From: an uncultured delta proteobacterium
Lineage (GTDB): Bacteria; Myxococcota_A; Polyangia; Fen-1088
Reading direction: 5' to 3'
DNA length: 64,000 bases
Assembly (NCBI GenBank): GCA_963767925.1
Contig: CAVYGB010000008.1
Location: 2,208,001 to 2,272,000 of the forward strand
In this document: positions 34,189 through 45,017 of the stretch, piece after piece
Numbering within the stretch: position 1 is the stretch's first letter
Layout of the letters: each line of letters begins with the position of its first letter
The notes under the pieces: generated by a model
Databases searched by the model: none
Told to the model about the DNA's origin: nothing
The model's input: the letters and a program-made list of their open reading frames with translations, nothing else
Translations under genes and position numbers: made by a program

Positions 34189-35770
34189 CCGCAGCCACGA
34201 CGCCGACTTTCTCGTGATCGGCAGCGGCTTCGGCGGGGCCGTCAGCGCCCTCCGCCTGGCCGAGAAGGGCTACCGGGTGGTGGTGCTGGAGGCGGGCAAA
34301 CGCTGGCGCGCGGAGGAGTTCCCCCGCACCAACTGGCGGCTCGACAAGTTCCTCTGGCTACCGGCGCTCGGCTGGTACGGCATCCAGCGCATCGCCTGGT
34401 TGCGCGACGTCGTGGTGCTGGCGGGCGCGGGCGTGGGGGGCGGCTCGCTCGTGTACGCCAACACCTTGCTGCGACCGCCCCCCGCGTTCTTCGCCGACCC
34501 GGCCTGGGCCGAGCTCGACGACTGGGCCACCCGGCTCGCGCCCCACTACGACGAGGCGCTGCGCATGCTGGGCGCCACCCCCAGCCGGTTCCTGGGGCCC
34601 GCGGACGAGCACCTGCGCGCCGTCGCCGAGGCGATGGGCCGGGGCGAGACCTTTCACCAGCCCACGGTGGCGGTCTACTTCGGCGAGCCGGGCAAGACGG
34701 TGCCCGATCCGTTCTTCGGCGGCGCCGGCCCCGATCGCACCGGCTGCACCCTGTGCGGCGGCTGCATGGTGGGCTGCCGGCACGGGGCCAAGAACACGCT
34801 CGACCGGAACTACCTGCACCTGGCCGAACGCCTGGGCGCGGTCATCCACCCGCTGACGACCGTCGAGCGCATCGAGCCCCTGCCCGGCCCGGCTCCAGCG
34901 GGCTACCTCGTCACGAGCCGGCGCACCGACCGCCTCCTGCGCCGCGCGGGGCGCCGGCAGTGGCGGGCCCGTCAGGTGGTGCTGGCGGGCGGCGTGCTGG
35001 GGACCGTGCCCCTCCTGCTGCGGGCCCGTGCGCAGGGCTGGCTGCCGGGGCTGTCCTCCCGCCTGGGCGAGGCGGTGCGCACCAACTCCGAGGCGCTGGT
35101 GGGGGCCCTCGCCCGGGGGGGGAGCGCCGACAACAGCCAGGGCATCGCCATCACCTCGGGGTTCTGGCCCGACGCCCACACCCACGTCGAGGTCGTCCGC
35201 TACGGCGCCGGCCAGGACGCGATGGGGCGGCTGGGCACGCTGCTGGCTCCCGGCGGGGGCGGCGCCTGGCGGCGGCGGGCGCGCTGGCTGGCCCGCATCG
35301 TCCGCCACCCCCTGGACTTCCTGCGGACGCTCTGGCCCTGGGGCTGGGCCCGCAAGAGCATCGTGCTCCTCGTCATGCAGTCCCTCGAGAACCGGATGCG
35401 CCTCGCCTTGCGCCGGGGCGGCGCGCTCACCACCCGCAGCGAGGGCCCGGCGCCGCCGCCCTCGTACATCCCCGCCGCCCACCTGGTGGCGCAGCGGATG
35501 GCCGACCGGACCGGCGGCGTCGCCATCGGATCGCTGAACGAGTCGCTGCTCGACATCCCCCTGACCGCCCACATCCTGGGCGGCTGCCCCATGGGCCGCG
35601 ACGCCGGCCAGGGGGTCATCGACCGCGACCACCAGGTCTTCGGGTATCCCGGGCTCTACGTGTGCGACGGCTCGGCGGTGTCCGCCAACCTGGGGGTGAA
35701 TCCGGCGCTCACGATCTGCGCGCTCACCGAACACGCCATGAGCAAGATCCCCCCCGCTGGCCGGCGCTGA
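34175..35770 (+). CDS. GMC oxidoreductase, cholesterol oxidase (ChoD)-like
   Basis: VIGSGFGG, GVGGGSLVYANTL, CTLCGGCMVGC, TAHILGGC, ANLGVNPALTI. Confidence 0.88.
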   Translation: MPDVDRSHDADFLVIGSGFGGAVSALRLAEKGYRVVVLEAGKRWRAEEFPRTNWRLDKFLWLPALGWYGIQRIAWLRDVVVLAGAGVGGGSLVYANTLLRPPPAFFADPAWAELDDWATRLAPHYDEALRMLGATPSRFLGPADEHLRAVAEAMGRGETFHQPTVAVYFGEPGKTVPDPFFGGAGPDRTGCTLCGGCMVGCRHGAKNTLDRNYLHLAERLGAVIHPLTTVERIEPLPGPAPAGYLVTSRRTDRLLRRAGRRQWRARQVVLAGGVLGTVPLLLRARAQGWLPGLSSRLGEAVRTNSEALVGALARGGSADNSQGIAITSGFWPDAHTHVEVVRYGAGQDAMGRLGTLLAPGGGGAWRRRARWLARIVRHPLDFLRTLWPWGWARKSIVLLVMQSLENRMRLALRRGGALTTRSEGPAPPPSYIPAAHLVAQRMADRTGGVAIGSLNESLLDIPLTAHILGGCPMGRDAGQGVIDRDHQVFGYPGLYVCDGSAVSANLGVNPALTICALTEHAMSKIPPAGRR

Positions 35771-35774
35771 CTGG

Positions 35775-38219
35775 CTACTGGACCACCGTACAGGTGGGCA
35801 TACAGAACCCCGTGAAGTTCTCGGCCGACACGTCGTAGGCCGGGGTGCTGTTCTTGAGGGCGTCGGTGTACCAGGGGGCCAAGGTGATGGGCCCCCCGCA
35901 CAGCGACTGCGCTCCACAGTCTGGCAGCACCATGGTCGAGCAGGGCCCGTATTGCTGGCCGAAGGCGAAAGGGTCGGGGGGGATCGCGAAGCCCTTCCAG
36001 TCGGGCGACCCGCAGGCAAACTCGCCGGTGGCGGTGCCGTCCTGGTTGTAGGTGTCGACGCACACCTGCTGGCGGTTGAACAGCCGGGGACAGACCTCGC
36101 GCGCCCCGCTGCCGAAGTCGCTCAGATCGGCGCTGCAGGCCTTGGCGTTGGGCGACCCGCTCTGATTCTTGTCCTGGGTCCGCGGGTCGAGGTCGTTGCC
36201 GTCGTACGGCGGGGGGTTGGCGAATACGCCCGCGGCTGGCACCAGCTTGCCGTCGCCATCGAGATCCTCGAGGACGCCGTTGCAGTTCCGGTCGGCCTGG
36301 AAGAGGAGGTAGTTCAACTTCTGGTTGGGCCGGCCCTGGGCGTCGAAGAGGCTGCAGAACTCCGCGTTGCGGGTGCCTCCCTCGTAGAACTCGGCCAGCA
36401 CCGGCAGGTCCTGGACCGCGCTGCCCGGATGGGCTTCGGGATCGATGTCGTTGCAATCCACCCCGGTGGTGGTCAGGGACTGTCCGGCCAGGGCCAGCTC
36501 CCGGGCCGACGGGAACCCGTCGTTGTCCTTGTCGGCCGCCACGCCGTCGCAGTCCTCGTCGATCAGGTTGCCCTTGACCTCGGTGCCCCCCGGCTTGGAC
36601 TTGCTGTCGTTGTCGTTGCAATCGGGCGCCTTGCCCGAGGCGGCGAACCCGGGGTCGCTGCGGGTGAGGAAGCCGTCGCCGTCGGCGTCGGAGGCCACCC
36701 CGTCGCAGTTCTCGTCCCGGCCATTGCCCGACACCTCGGCCCCCAGGACGGCGGAGCAGGTCATCTTCGTCTGCGGGCAGAACAGGTTCCAGGCCAGATC
36801 GGGCAGCGCGCTCAGGCTGGCCGCCACCTTGGCCACGTCCGGCTGGCCGTCGCAATCGTGGTCCTTGCCCGTACAGATCACCGGCCGGGCGCCCGGATGG
36901 ATGTCCTTGTCGTTGTCGTCGCAGTCTTCACCGGGCTCCAGGGTCGCGCCGGCCTTGGCGTAATAACCGTCTCCGTCCATGTCGACCGGCGGGTCCCGAT
37001 CGGGCGGCGGGTCGGTGATGGACAGCCTGCGGGTGAGGGGGTTGTACTGCAGGATGGTCTCTGGGCAGGTCCCGTCGTAAGAGCCCGGGACGTTCATCGC
37101 GAAATACTGGCGGAAGCGCCTGAACGCGCGGCTGCCGATGACCGACCGGATGCGAACCTCATCGGGGCGACCGGACAGCGCCGCCCGCAGGGTGCAGGTC
37201 CCGAGCGGAGTGCCCGCGCTGGGGCGGGCCATCCGGCAGGAGAACGACCGGCCCGGGACCTCGACCCGCCAGCTCAGCAGGGAGCCGCCCTGGGGGAAGC
37301 CCTTGCTGAGCTTGAGGGTGAACTTCCGGCAGAACCTGCCGATGTTGCGCCGGTTTCCCGTCGCCACCTTGGAGAAGTGCTCGACCTCCCCGACGCAGGC
37401 GAGCTTGCGGGCGCCGCCGGCCGGGGTGGCGTCCGCCACCTTGCAACTCGAGTTCTCCAGCCAGAGGCCGCTCGCCTCGTCGAAGGTGTACATCGCCAGG
37501 ACGTCGCCCACCTGGTGGCTCACGTCGGTGGGCAGATCGAAGGAGACAACCGCCCGCTCACCCGCCGAGAACTGCAAGGGCTTGCCGTCGGCGCCCAGGA
37601 GCTCGACGTGGATCGCCCCGTAGAGCACGAGCGGCTCGGGGCCGTCCGCGCCCACCCCGAAGCCGTCGTCCGAGGTGGTCTCCACCGCCGAGAGGGGATC
37701 GAGCAGGTTCACCACCCGCACGGTCACCGGCCCGTCGTAGGGGCTCCCGTCCTCCTTGAGGAAACCGCGGCCGGGCAAGCGCACCTGCGCCACCGCCAGA
37801 TCGACGTTGCCACCGGTCTCGCTGTCGACGACGACCGAGACCAGCTTGCTGAGCTCGATCGTGAGCGGGGTATAGGAGTTGGAGATCGAGAGGGTCTTGG
37901 TGACCGGGGCGTAGCCCTCGGCCGAGACGGTGGCCACCGTGCTGGCCTCGGTGGATTGCTCGGGCAGCGCCGCCGTACCGTCGGCCAGGGACCGCACGGA
38001 GGACGATCCGAACACGATGCTGGCGTTGGCGATGGGCGCCCCCGCCTGATCGACGACCGCGAGCTGGGGGTTGAAGGCCGTCTTCCCGAACACCTCGGGC
38101 GGGATCTCGGTGCCCTCCCCGCCCTCCGATCCCGGCGGTTTCTGGCTCTTCTGACAGGAGAGAACGAGGCTGCTCGAAGCGAGCAGACCGAGCAGCAACA
38201 CCCGACCAATCACCGACAT
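35775..38219 (-). CDS. Lipoprotein with carboxypeptidase-regulatory-like domain and Cys/Asp-rich MopE-type metal-binding repeats
   Basis: Lipobox LVLSC; three to four repeats of DxDGDG...DCxDxD..xxPG....DxxCDG. Confidence 0.78.
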   Translation of the reverse strand: MSVIGRVLLLGLLASSSLVLSCQKSQKPPGSEGGEGTEIPPEVFGKTAFNPQLAVVDQAGAPIANASIVFGSSSVRSLADGTAALPEQSTEASTVATVSAEGYAPVTKTLSISNSYTPLTIELSKLVSVVVDSETGGNVDLAVAQVRLPGRGFLKEDGSPYDGPVTVRVVNLLDPLSAVETTSDDGFGVGADGPEPLVLYGAIHVELLGADGKPLQFSAGERAVVSFDLPTDVSHQVGDVLAMYTFDEASGLWLENSSCKVADATPAGGARKLACVGEVEHFSKVATGNRRNIGRFCRKFTLKLSKGFPQGGSLLSWRVEVPGRSFSCRMARPSAGTPLGTCTLRAALSGRPDEVRIRSVIGSRAFRRFRQYFAMNVPGSYDGTCPETILQYNPLTRRLSITDPPPDRDPPVDMDGDGYYAKAGATLEPGEDCDDNDKDIHPGARPVICTGKDHDCDGQPDVAKVAASLSALPDLAWNLFCPQTKMTCSAVLGAEVSGNGRDENCDGVASDADGDGFLTRSDPGFAASGKAPDCNDNDSKSKPGGTEVKGNLIDEDCDGVAADKDNDGFPSARELALAGQSLTTTGVDCNDIDPEAHPGSAVQDLPVLAEFYEGGTRNAEFCSLFDAQGRPNQKLNYLLFQADRNCNGVLEDLDGDGKLVPAAGVFANPPPYDGNDLDPRTQDKNQSGSPNAKACSADLSDFGSGAREVCPRLFNRQQVCVDTYNQDGTATGEFACGSPDWKGFAIPPDPFAFGQQYGPCSTMVLPDCGAQSLCGGPITLAPWYTDALKNSTPAYDVSAENFTGFCMPTCTVVQ

Positions 38220-38367
38220 GAGACCTCCTCACCGACGCCGCCCACACGTGAAAAGCGGTCTTCTATTTTTTGCCGGCGGATCGCCGAAGTCAATTTCACA
38301 ATCGTGGTGATCGCGTGTACGCCATTGCGTACTTTCACGCGGCCGCCCCGCCGGCGTCGGCGACGGA

Positions 38368-39099
38368 TCAATCGTGGCGCTGGGAAAAGTTGGGCGCGCC
38401 CGCCAGGCGCGCGGCGAGCTCGAGGAGGCCGATCTCCCCCTGCACGAAGGCGTTGTGGCCTCGCCGCCGACACAGCTCTGGGTCTGCCCCGATAGGTACT
38501 GGGCGAGGGTCCCGGCCACACATGCCGCCACCTCGGGCCGGCCCGCCAGCAAGGTGGCGAGCTCCTCCTGTCCGCTCTCGATCGGAAACAACATCTGCCC
38601 GTCCCCACCGACGGGGTATCCCGAGGCGTCGATCGGCGCCCCGTTTTCCCGATCCCGGTAGCGGCCCCCCTCGTCGAAGTGCTCGAAGGGGAAGCCCATC
38701 GGATCGAAGAAGCGGTGACAGGCGCCGCAGGCCCCCTGGGCATGGGCCGCCTCGAAGCGCTCGCGGGTGGTCCTCCAGCCGGTGCCGGGCGGGGGCAGGT
38801 CGGGCACGACCGGGGGCTGCTGTGGGATCTCCGGGATTGACGAACCCGTCCTTGCTGTCGAGCGGATCGGCGATGTCGAGGGTGAAGGCGTCCTTGGCCT
38901 CGGGGAAGACGTCCCGCCCGGGTCGAAGTGCTCGGCGGGCATTCCGTGGGGGACGAAAAACAGGAGCAGCCGGCGGGGCCGCTCGGCGGGCGCCTGGGCC
39001 AGCGCGCGCCGGGACAGCTCGAGCGCCAGCGGCGCGGGGAGCCCGAGGCCGAGAGCCCGGAGGAAGGTTCCGCTGCAGCGGGCGCGAGCCCCGGCTCAT
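38368..39099 (-). pseudogene. Chimeric remnant: DUF1552-like N-terminus joined to a DUF1588/DUF1585-like C-terminus
   Basis: Tat-like R.TFLRALG...RLLLFFVPHGMP, then TTRERFEAAH...CGACH..FDPMGFPFEHFDEGGRYR..ENGAPIDASG; several frame changes. Confidence 0.65.
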
Positions 39100-39150
39100 G
39101 CCCCCAAGCTTGCACCATCACCGCCGGCGCGGGGAGGCGCGTCCGGTCAA

Positions 39151-40485
39151 TCAGGGCGCCGTGACGGACGGCCGACTGCCCACCGCCAGGGTGGGCACCG
39201 GCGCCGCCGCCGGGAGCTTCAGGCTCAACACGAGCAGCGCCTCGACAACGAGGCCCGCCGCCAGGAAGAGCAGCCCCCGCTCGTAGCTCTGGGAGCTGTC
39301 GCGCAGGAGGCCCATCACGTGAGGGCCCGCCCAGCCGCCCAGATTGCCCACCGAGTTGATGAGCGCGATGCCCGCGGCCGCGGCCGCGCCCCCCAGGAAC
39401 ACGGGGGGGATCGACCAGAAGGGTCCCAGGATGGAGCGCTGCCCCACCTGCGAGAGCATGAAGCTCAGCACGATGAGCGGGACGCTCTTCTGGAACGCCG
39501 CCGCCAGGGCCAGGCCGATGGCGGCGGTCATCGCGCAGGCGGCGACGTGTTTCTTGCGCTCGCCGGTGCGGTCGGAGTGCCGGCCGATCAGCACCATGCC
39601 GACCAGCGCCGCCACGAACGGCAGCGCGGTGATGCCCGCCAGCCGGAGCCCGGAGAACCCCGAGGCCTCTCGCAAGATCTTCGGCAAGAAGAGAAACACG
39701 CCGTAGGTGGCCATGTTGTTGAGAAAGTAGATCGCGCACAGGAGGATCACCTTGGGATCCCGCAAGGCCCCGAACCCGCGGTGGGCCTGCCGGGCGGTGC
39801 GCTCGGCGCGATCGCGCTCCATCTCCCGGACCAGCCACTCGCGATCGTCGGCCGGCAGCCAGTGGGCTTGCTCCGGGCGATCGGTCAGGTACTTGAGGGC
39901 GGCGAACCCCAGCACGACCGCCGGGAGGCCCTCGACGAGGAACAGCCACTGCCAGCCGTGCAGGCCGGCGACTCCGTCGAGCTTGAGCAGCCCCTCCGAG
40001 AGGGGAGCCCCCACCAGCATGGCCACCGGGATGGCCATCATGAAGAGGGCGCCGGTCTTGGCCCGCTCGCGGGCCGGGATCCAGTAGGTGAGAAAGAGGA
40101 TCATCCCCGGAAAGAAGCCGGCCTCGGCCAGGCCCAGGAGCACCCGCATGGAGAAGAAGCTCCACTGCCCCACCACGAACATCATCGCCATCGACACCAG
40201 GCCCCAGACGATCATGATCCGCGCGATCCAGATGCGCGCCCCCACCCGTTCCATGATCAGGTTGCTGGGGATCTCGAAGAGGAAGTAGCCGAGGAAGAAC
40301 AGCCCCGCCCCCTGTCCGTAAACGGCATTGCTCATCCCGAGATCTCTCTGCATCGAGTCGGCGGCGAAGCCGATATTGACGCGATCGATGTACGCAATGA
40401 CGTAACAGATGAAGATGAAGGGGACGAGCCGACCCACGACTCGCTGAAAAACTCGGCGCTCGCGCTCTTCGTTCGGCGAAGTCAT
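39151..40485 (-). CDS. MFS transporter, anion:cation symporter (TtuB-like)
   Basis: YIDRVNIGFA, FEIPSNL, LGLAEAGFFPG, GWQWLFLVEGLP; about 12 TM helices. Confidence 0.9.
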   Translation of the reverse strand: MTSPNEERERRVFQRVVGRLVPFIFICYVIAYIDRVNIGFAADSMQRDLGMSNAVYGQGAGLFFLGYFLFEIPSNLIMERVGARIWIARIMIVWGLVSMAMMFVVGQWSFFSMRVLLGLAEAGFFPGMILFLTYWIPARERAKTGALFMMAIPVAMLVGAPLSEGLLKLDGVAGLHGWQWLFLVEGLPAVVLGFAALKYLTDRPEQAHWLPADDREWLVREMERDRAERTARQAHRGFGALRDPKVILLCAIYFLNNMATYGVFLFLPKILREASGFSGLRLAGITALPFVAALVGMVLIGRHSDRTGERKKHVAACAMTAAIGLALAAAFQKSVPLIVLSFMLSQVGQRSILGPFWSIPPVFLGGAAAAAGIALINSVGNLGGWAGPHVMGLLRDSSQSYERGLLFLAAGLVVEALLVLSLKLPAAAPVPTLAVGSRPSVTAP

Positions 40486-40577
40486 ACCTGAATCCTCCTC
40501 GCTCGACAGCAGCGCACCCTACCACGGGCCCGGTCTCGCGAATCGAGAAGACGAAACCTGGGATACCATCCGCGGCC

Positions 40578-41621
40578 ATGCCGGCCTACGTCACCTCGCC
40601 CCGCATGCGTTATCGAGAAGAGGAGCTGTGGTTCGCCGCCTCGCTCTACGTCGGAAGCTGGGAGGAGGACTTCCACGAGCTCATGCTGAACGACGACCTG
40701 CGCATGAACGCCTACGAAAGAGCGATCAAGGCGCGGGTGCGACCGGGCATGGCGGTGGCGGACCTGGGAACGGGCACCGGCATCCTGGCGCAGTGGGCGC
40801 TGGAGGCGGGGGCCCGGGTGGTCTACGGGATCGACGTCAGCGCGCCGATCCTGCAACGGGCGGTCGAACGGATCGGCGCGGCTGGCTTCTCCGATCGCTT
40901 CCAGACGTTCGCCGCCCTCTCCTACGACGTGACCCTGCCCGAGCGGGTGGACGTCCTCCTCTCCGAGATCCTGGGAAACCGGGCGGACAACGAGGGGATG
41001 GTCGCCATCCTCAACGACGCCCGCTGGCGGTTCCTCGCCGAGGGTGGCCACATGTTGCCGAGCCGGGCGCGGTCCTGCCTCGTCCCGGTGGCGGCCGCCC
41101 AGGCCCACGCCCAGGTCTGCAGCCGGCAGTGCCAGGGGCTCTCCGATCGCTACGACCTCGACGAGCTGCTGAAGAGCGTCGGCCTGCACAGCCCCTTCCA
41201 GCTCTCCTTCGACGTCATCCTTCCCTCGGCGACCCACCTGGCCGCGCCCCTGCCCGTCGTCGACTTCGCCTTCGCGGGCGAAGACCCCGAGGACTACCGG
41301 CGGGAGCTGTCGTTCCCGGTCGACCGGGCGGGCCCCTTCACCGGCTTCAAGGGCTACTTCACCGCCGACCTGGCGCCGGGGGTGGTCCTCGACATCTCGG
41401 GAGACGACATTGCAGGACGGAAGACGAGCGACTCCTGGAAGCACAGCTACCTGCCGGTCGAGCGCCCGATCGACGTCCGTCCCGGAGACGTCATCGAGCT
41501 GACCTATGCGCGGGCCCGTCCCGCGCGCGAGGACTCCCCCTTCCGCCAGTATTATTCGTGGACCGGCGTCGTACGGCGGGACGGGCGCCCCCTGGCTCGC
41601 TTCGAGAATCAGATGACGTGA
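40578..41621 (+). CDS. SAM-dependent methyltransferase with protein-arginine-methyltransferase (PRMT) architecture
   Basis: FHELMLNDDLRMNAY, VADLGTGTGIL, VDVLLSEILGNRADNE (double-E loop), FLAEGGHMLP, FTGFKGYF, SDSWKHSYLP. Confidence 0.85.
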   Translation: MPAYVTSPRMRYREEELWFAASLYVGSWEEDFHELMLNDDLRMNAYERAIKARVRPGMAVADLGTGTGILAQWALEAGARVVYGIDVSAPILQRAVERIGAAGFSDRFQTFAALSYDVTLPERVDVLLSEILGNRADNEGMVAILNDARWRFLAEGGHMLPSRARSCLVPVAAAQAHAQVCSRQCQGLSDRYDLDELLKSVGLHSPFQLSFDVILPSATHLAAPLPVVDFAFAGEDPEDYRRELSFPVDRAGPFTGFKGYFTADLAPGVVLDISGDDIAGRKTSDSWKHSYLPVERPIDVRPGDVIELTYARARPAREDSPFRQYYSWTGVVRRDGRPLARFENQMT

Positions 41622-41839
41622 GCGAGCGGCGCCCGGGACGGGCGGTTCGCTCTTCACCGGCAGCGAACGGGCGGGACCGATTCCCGAAATACCGATTGAC
41701 GGAGAGCCCGGTTCGTTGGAAACGTCGAAAGGCCCCAGGTCAAAGCGAAATCCAGCGGCCTGGCAGGCCTTCCCGTGTGTCCGCGCTTTTCAAATGCTAC
41801 ACACGGGACTCACGAGTTGTGGTTTGTTAGGAGCGAGTC

Positions 41840-43411
41840 ATGACCAAACTTACTGGTCTCGCCAAGGCGATGCTCGGGCTGCTGGTTGGCGGCGCCCTGG
41901 TTGCAGCCGCCTTCACCCATGGGGATCGTCTGAAGGCCCTCATCGGGAGCGTGGGCGGCAAGAAGCCAGCGACGACGGCGTCCCCCGCCCGGGAGCGACC
42001 GCCCGGTCAGATCGTCATCGGGCTGTGCGAGTGGCCCGGGCAGATGCCCTTCGTGATCGCGAACGGGGGCCTCACCACCCAGGCCGGATCGGCCGCGGCC
42101 AGCGAAGGCCTCGACATGAAGATCGTCTTCATCGATGACCCGGTGAAGAAGAACCAGGCCCTCCTCGACGGCACCATCGACGTGGTCTGGTCGACGGTCG
42201 ACGAGATGCCGATCACGATGGCCACCTACCGCACGGCCAACGTGGCGGTGAAGGCGTTCATGCACCTCGACTGGTCCCGGGGCGGTGACGCCTGCGTGGC
42301 CAGCGCCGAGATCAAGTCGGTCGAGGATCTGCTCGGCAAGAAGGCAGCCACCCTCCTCTTTTCGCCCGAGCACACCCTGTTCGAGTTCATGATCACGAAC
42401 TCCCGCCTGACCGCCGCCCAGATGGCGCGGGTGCGCGCCGACGTCAGCTTCTCGCCCGACGATCCGCTGCACGCGCGACGCCTGTTCGTCGAGCGGAAGG
42501 TCGACCTGGCCTGCGTGTGGGAGCCGGACGTGAGCCTGGCCATCACCAGCCGTCCAGGGGCCCATCGCCTCTTCTCGACCGCCGACGCCACCGAGCTGCT
42601 CACCGACGTCCTGCTGGTTCGCCAGGAGCTGCTCGACAGCAAGCCGGCGCTCATCGAGAAGGTCGCGCGGATCTGGTTCGCCGGTGTGGCCAAGGCGGAG
42701 GCCGACCGCCCGGCGGCGGCCCGCTTCATCTCCTCGAACGTCCCGCGCTTTCGGGACGAGCTCGGTCGCGAGCAGACCCTGCGTTCGTTCGAGTGGGTCC
42801 GCTGGTCGGATCTCGCCGAGAACGTGAAGTTCTACGGCCTCGACGGGGGCCGGCCGGCCTTCGATCGCGTCTACAACCAGGCCGACGCGATCTGGATGAA
42901 CTATCCGCAGGCCGAGGTGAAGGACCGCTTCGCCCCCGTGACCTTGCGCGACGATCGGATCATTCGCCGGATCTGGGAGACCACTGGCAAGAAGGCGCCG
43001 ATCGCCCGCAACGAGAAGTACCAGGATGGCACCGCCCTCACCGGGGCCGCCATCTTTGCCAAGCCCGTCTCCATCAACTTTCGCGGTGGCAGCTCCGACC
43101 TCGACGCCGAGGCGATGGCCACCTTGAACAGCGAGCTCTTGCCCCAGCTCGAGATCGCCCGCGGCATGTACCTGCGGATCGAGGGGAACACCGACTCGCA
43201 GGGGTCGGCCAGCTCCAACCTCAAGCTCTCGGAACGACGAGCCAAGTCCATCCTGGAATACCTCGTGTCGCGCGGAATCGAGCGCACGCGCATCATCGCC
43301 CGGGGCAACGGCGCCACCCGGCCCATCGCCAGCAACCGGACCCCGGAGGGGCGCGCGCTCAATCGGCGGACCGAGGTCCTCTTCATCCCCTCGAAGCGTT
43401 CCCCGTCCTGA
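41840..43411 (+). CDS. NMT1/SsuA-like substrate-binding domain fused to a C-terminal OmpA domain
   Basis: [32 protein letters not shown]; OmpA motifs IEGNTDSQG...NLKLSERRA...NRRTE. Confidence 0.85.
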   Translation: MTKLTGLAKAMLGLLVGGALVAAAFTHGDRLKALIGSVGGKKPATTASPARERPPGQIVIGLCEWPGQMPFVIANGGLTTQAGSAAASEGLDMKIVFIDDPVKKNQALLDGTIDVVWSTVDEMPITMATYRTANVAVKAFMHLDWSRGGDACVASAEIKSVEDLLGKKAATLLFSPEHTLFEFMITNSRLTAAQMARVRADVSFSPDDPLHARRLFVERKVDLACVWEPDVSLAITSRPGAHRLFSTADATELLTDVLLVRQELLDSKPALIEKVARIWFAGVAKAEADRPAAARFISSNVPRFRDELGREQTLRSFEWVRWSDLAENVKFYGLDGGRPAFDRVYNQADAIWMNYPQAEVKDRFAPVTLRDDRIIRRIWETTGKKAPIARNEKYQDGTALTGAAIFAKPVSINFRGGSSDLDAEAMATLNSELLPQLEIARGMYLRIEGNTDSQGSASSNLKLSERRAKSILEYLVSRGIERTRIIARGNGATRPIASNRTPEGRALNRRTEVLFIPSKRSPS

Positions 43412-43438
43412 CCCGGCCCCGCCCCGCCAGCCAGCGCT

Positions 43439-44383
43439 CTAGAAGAGCGACCAGAGCAGGCTCACAACCAGCGCCCCGGCGATGCCTCCCAGCACGAGAG
43501 GCCGCCACCCGCCGGTGAGCCAGCCGACGCTGGCCTTCGTGGCCGTCGCCGCCCGCACCCTCCAGCCGGGTCGGGAGAAGGCCTGCAAGACGGTCGCGTC
43601 GAGCTTGGCGGGACCGTTCGCGGTGGTCTCCCGGGCGAGGTACTGACCGCCGAAGGTCAACCACTTCGGGGTCGGCGCCGTCACCAGCCTGGGGTCGATG
43701 ACGGTCGAGAGCTCGGTCTCCGTGGTGACCTTCGTGCCGGGGGCCCGGGCGACCGGGGCGGGACGTTTCACCTCGATGATGCCCCGGGCGTTGTCGAGCA
43801 GGGCCGTCGAGATGCTCAACCGCAGGTGCGGGATGCCCTCCTCGTCACTCGGCTCGAGCATCACCGAGTCGAGGGTGCCCTCCCGGATCGTGCCCTCCGC
43901 CTGCTGGACGAAGGTGATACGGACCGGCGAGTGCAGCCGCATGAACGGGAGCCGGGTCGCCAGCCGGACCTCCTCGCCCACCACCGAGGCCTGGCAGCGG
44001 ATGGGGGCGGGCATGCCCTCGAACCAGACATCCACAGGCTGGCGCTCGCCCTCCACGGGGTCGACGAGCTTTCGCAGCAGGTCCAGATCCCGCTTCTCCA
44101 TGTCGAGGAACTCGATCCCCGCGCCGGGGCTGCGCAGGGGGGCCTTCTTGGAGACCTCGCGCACCCAGGCCACCCGCCCCCGCACCGTCCGGGACTGGCG
44201 CGCCAGCGAGAACCGGCAGAATACTTCGCTGCCCGGCTTCGGAAGATCGGCCGCCGAGATGGTGACGAAGACCCCCAGCGGGCTGAGATTTTGCACCCGG
44301 GCCACGACATCATCCAGGCGGCCCGCCGTCTTGAGGAAGATCTTGCTCTGGTAAACGATGCGATGCTGTCGCCTCAGCTCCAT
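43439..44383 (-). CDS. PilZ-domain protein with C-terminal TM helix
   Basis: RRQHR and NLSPLG c-di-GMP motifs, GRVAWVR, GAGIEF. Confidence 0.8.
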   Translation of the reverse strand: MELRRQHRIVYQSKIFLKTAGRLDDVVARVQNLSPLGVFVTISAADLPKPGSEVFCRFSLARQSRTVRGRVAWVREVSKKAPLRSPGAGIEFLDMEKRDLDLLRKLVDPVEGERQPVDVWFEGMPAPIRCQASVVGEEVRLATRLPFMRLHSPVRITFVQQAEGTIREGTLDSVMLEPSDEEGIPHLRLSISTALLDNARGIIEVKRPAPVARAPGTKVTTETELSTVIDPRLVTAPTPKWLTFGGQYLARETTANGPAKLDATVLQAFSRPGWRVRAATATKASVGWLTGGWRPLVLGGIAGALVVSLLWSLF

Positions 44384-45017
44384 CCGGCTCTCTCTCCGAC
44401 TCGTCCAGGGGCGAGAAGGCCCCCCATGATGCCGGAAGTCGGTGGGATGGCAAGGAGGGATACCCGCCTGCGTCGCCGCTGCAATCGGTACCGCCGAGGC
44501 AACTCGGGGGCTATGTCCCGACCGCGGGATTTCACTTGCGTGGGCGGGCGGTTGGCCGACGCCGGGGGTGCAGTTGCCCCTTGCCTTTACCCCTGAGACC
44601 GGTTACGGGTGATCCCAAGGGCCCCTCCCTTGGCAGGCTGTCCGCAGGCCTGCAAAATCAGCGCGGTTCATTGCCGAGTACCCAACGCCGGGGCCCACCA
44701 GGGTCCCCGCGCCCGGGCCAAATTGGGGCAGGATTGGGGGCAAAACAGGCCCCAGATCAGGCCGCAAATCGCCTCAAGTCAGGCAATGACAGACCCGGTC
44801 CTCCCACGATTCTTGGCGGCGCCCGCCGTTACTGATTTTTTCCAGGAACGATACTTGGGAGCTACATGAAACGTGTTCTGCTCCAGCGGGGACGCAGCAT
44901 GATCCAGCTCACAAGACATTCCCAGGTCCGCTCTCAGCCACGCTCCAGTTGCACGCTCGCCGCTCTGTCGCGCGGGCCCGGCACGGAACGCAGCTGAGGG
45001 GCCGGCAAAGGAGCCCA

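Noticed and set aside
44400..45010. ncRNA or small gene in the PilZ intergenic region
   Set aside because: No convincing structure, repeat or coding signal seen
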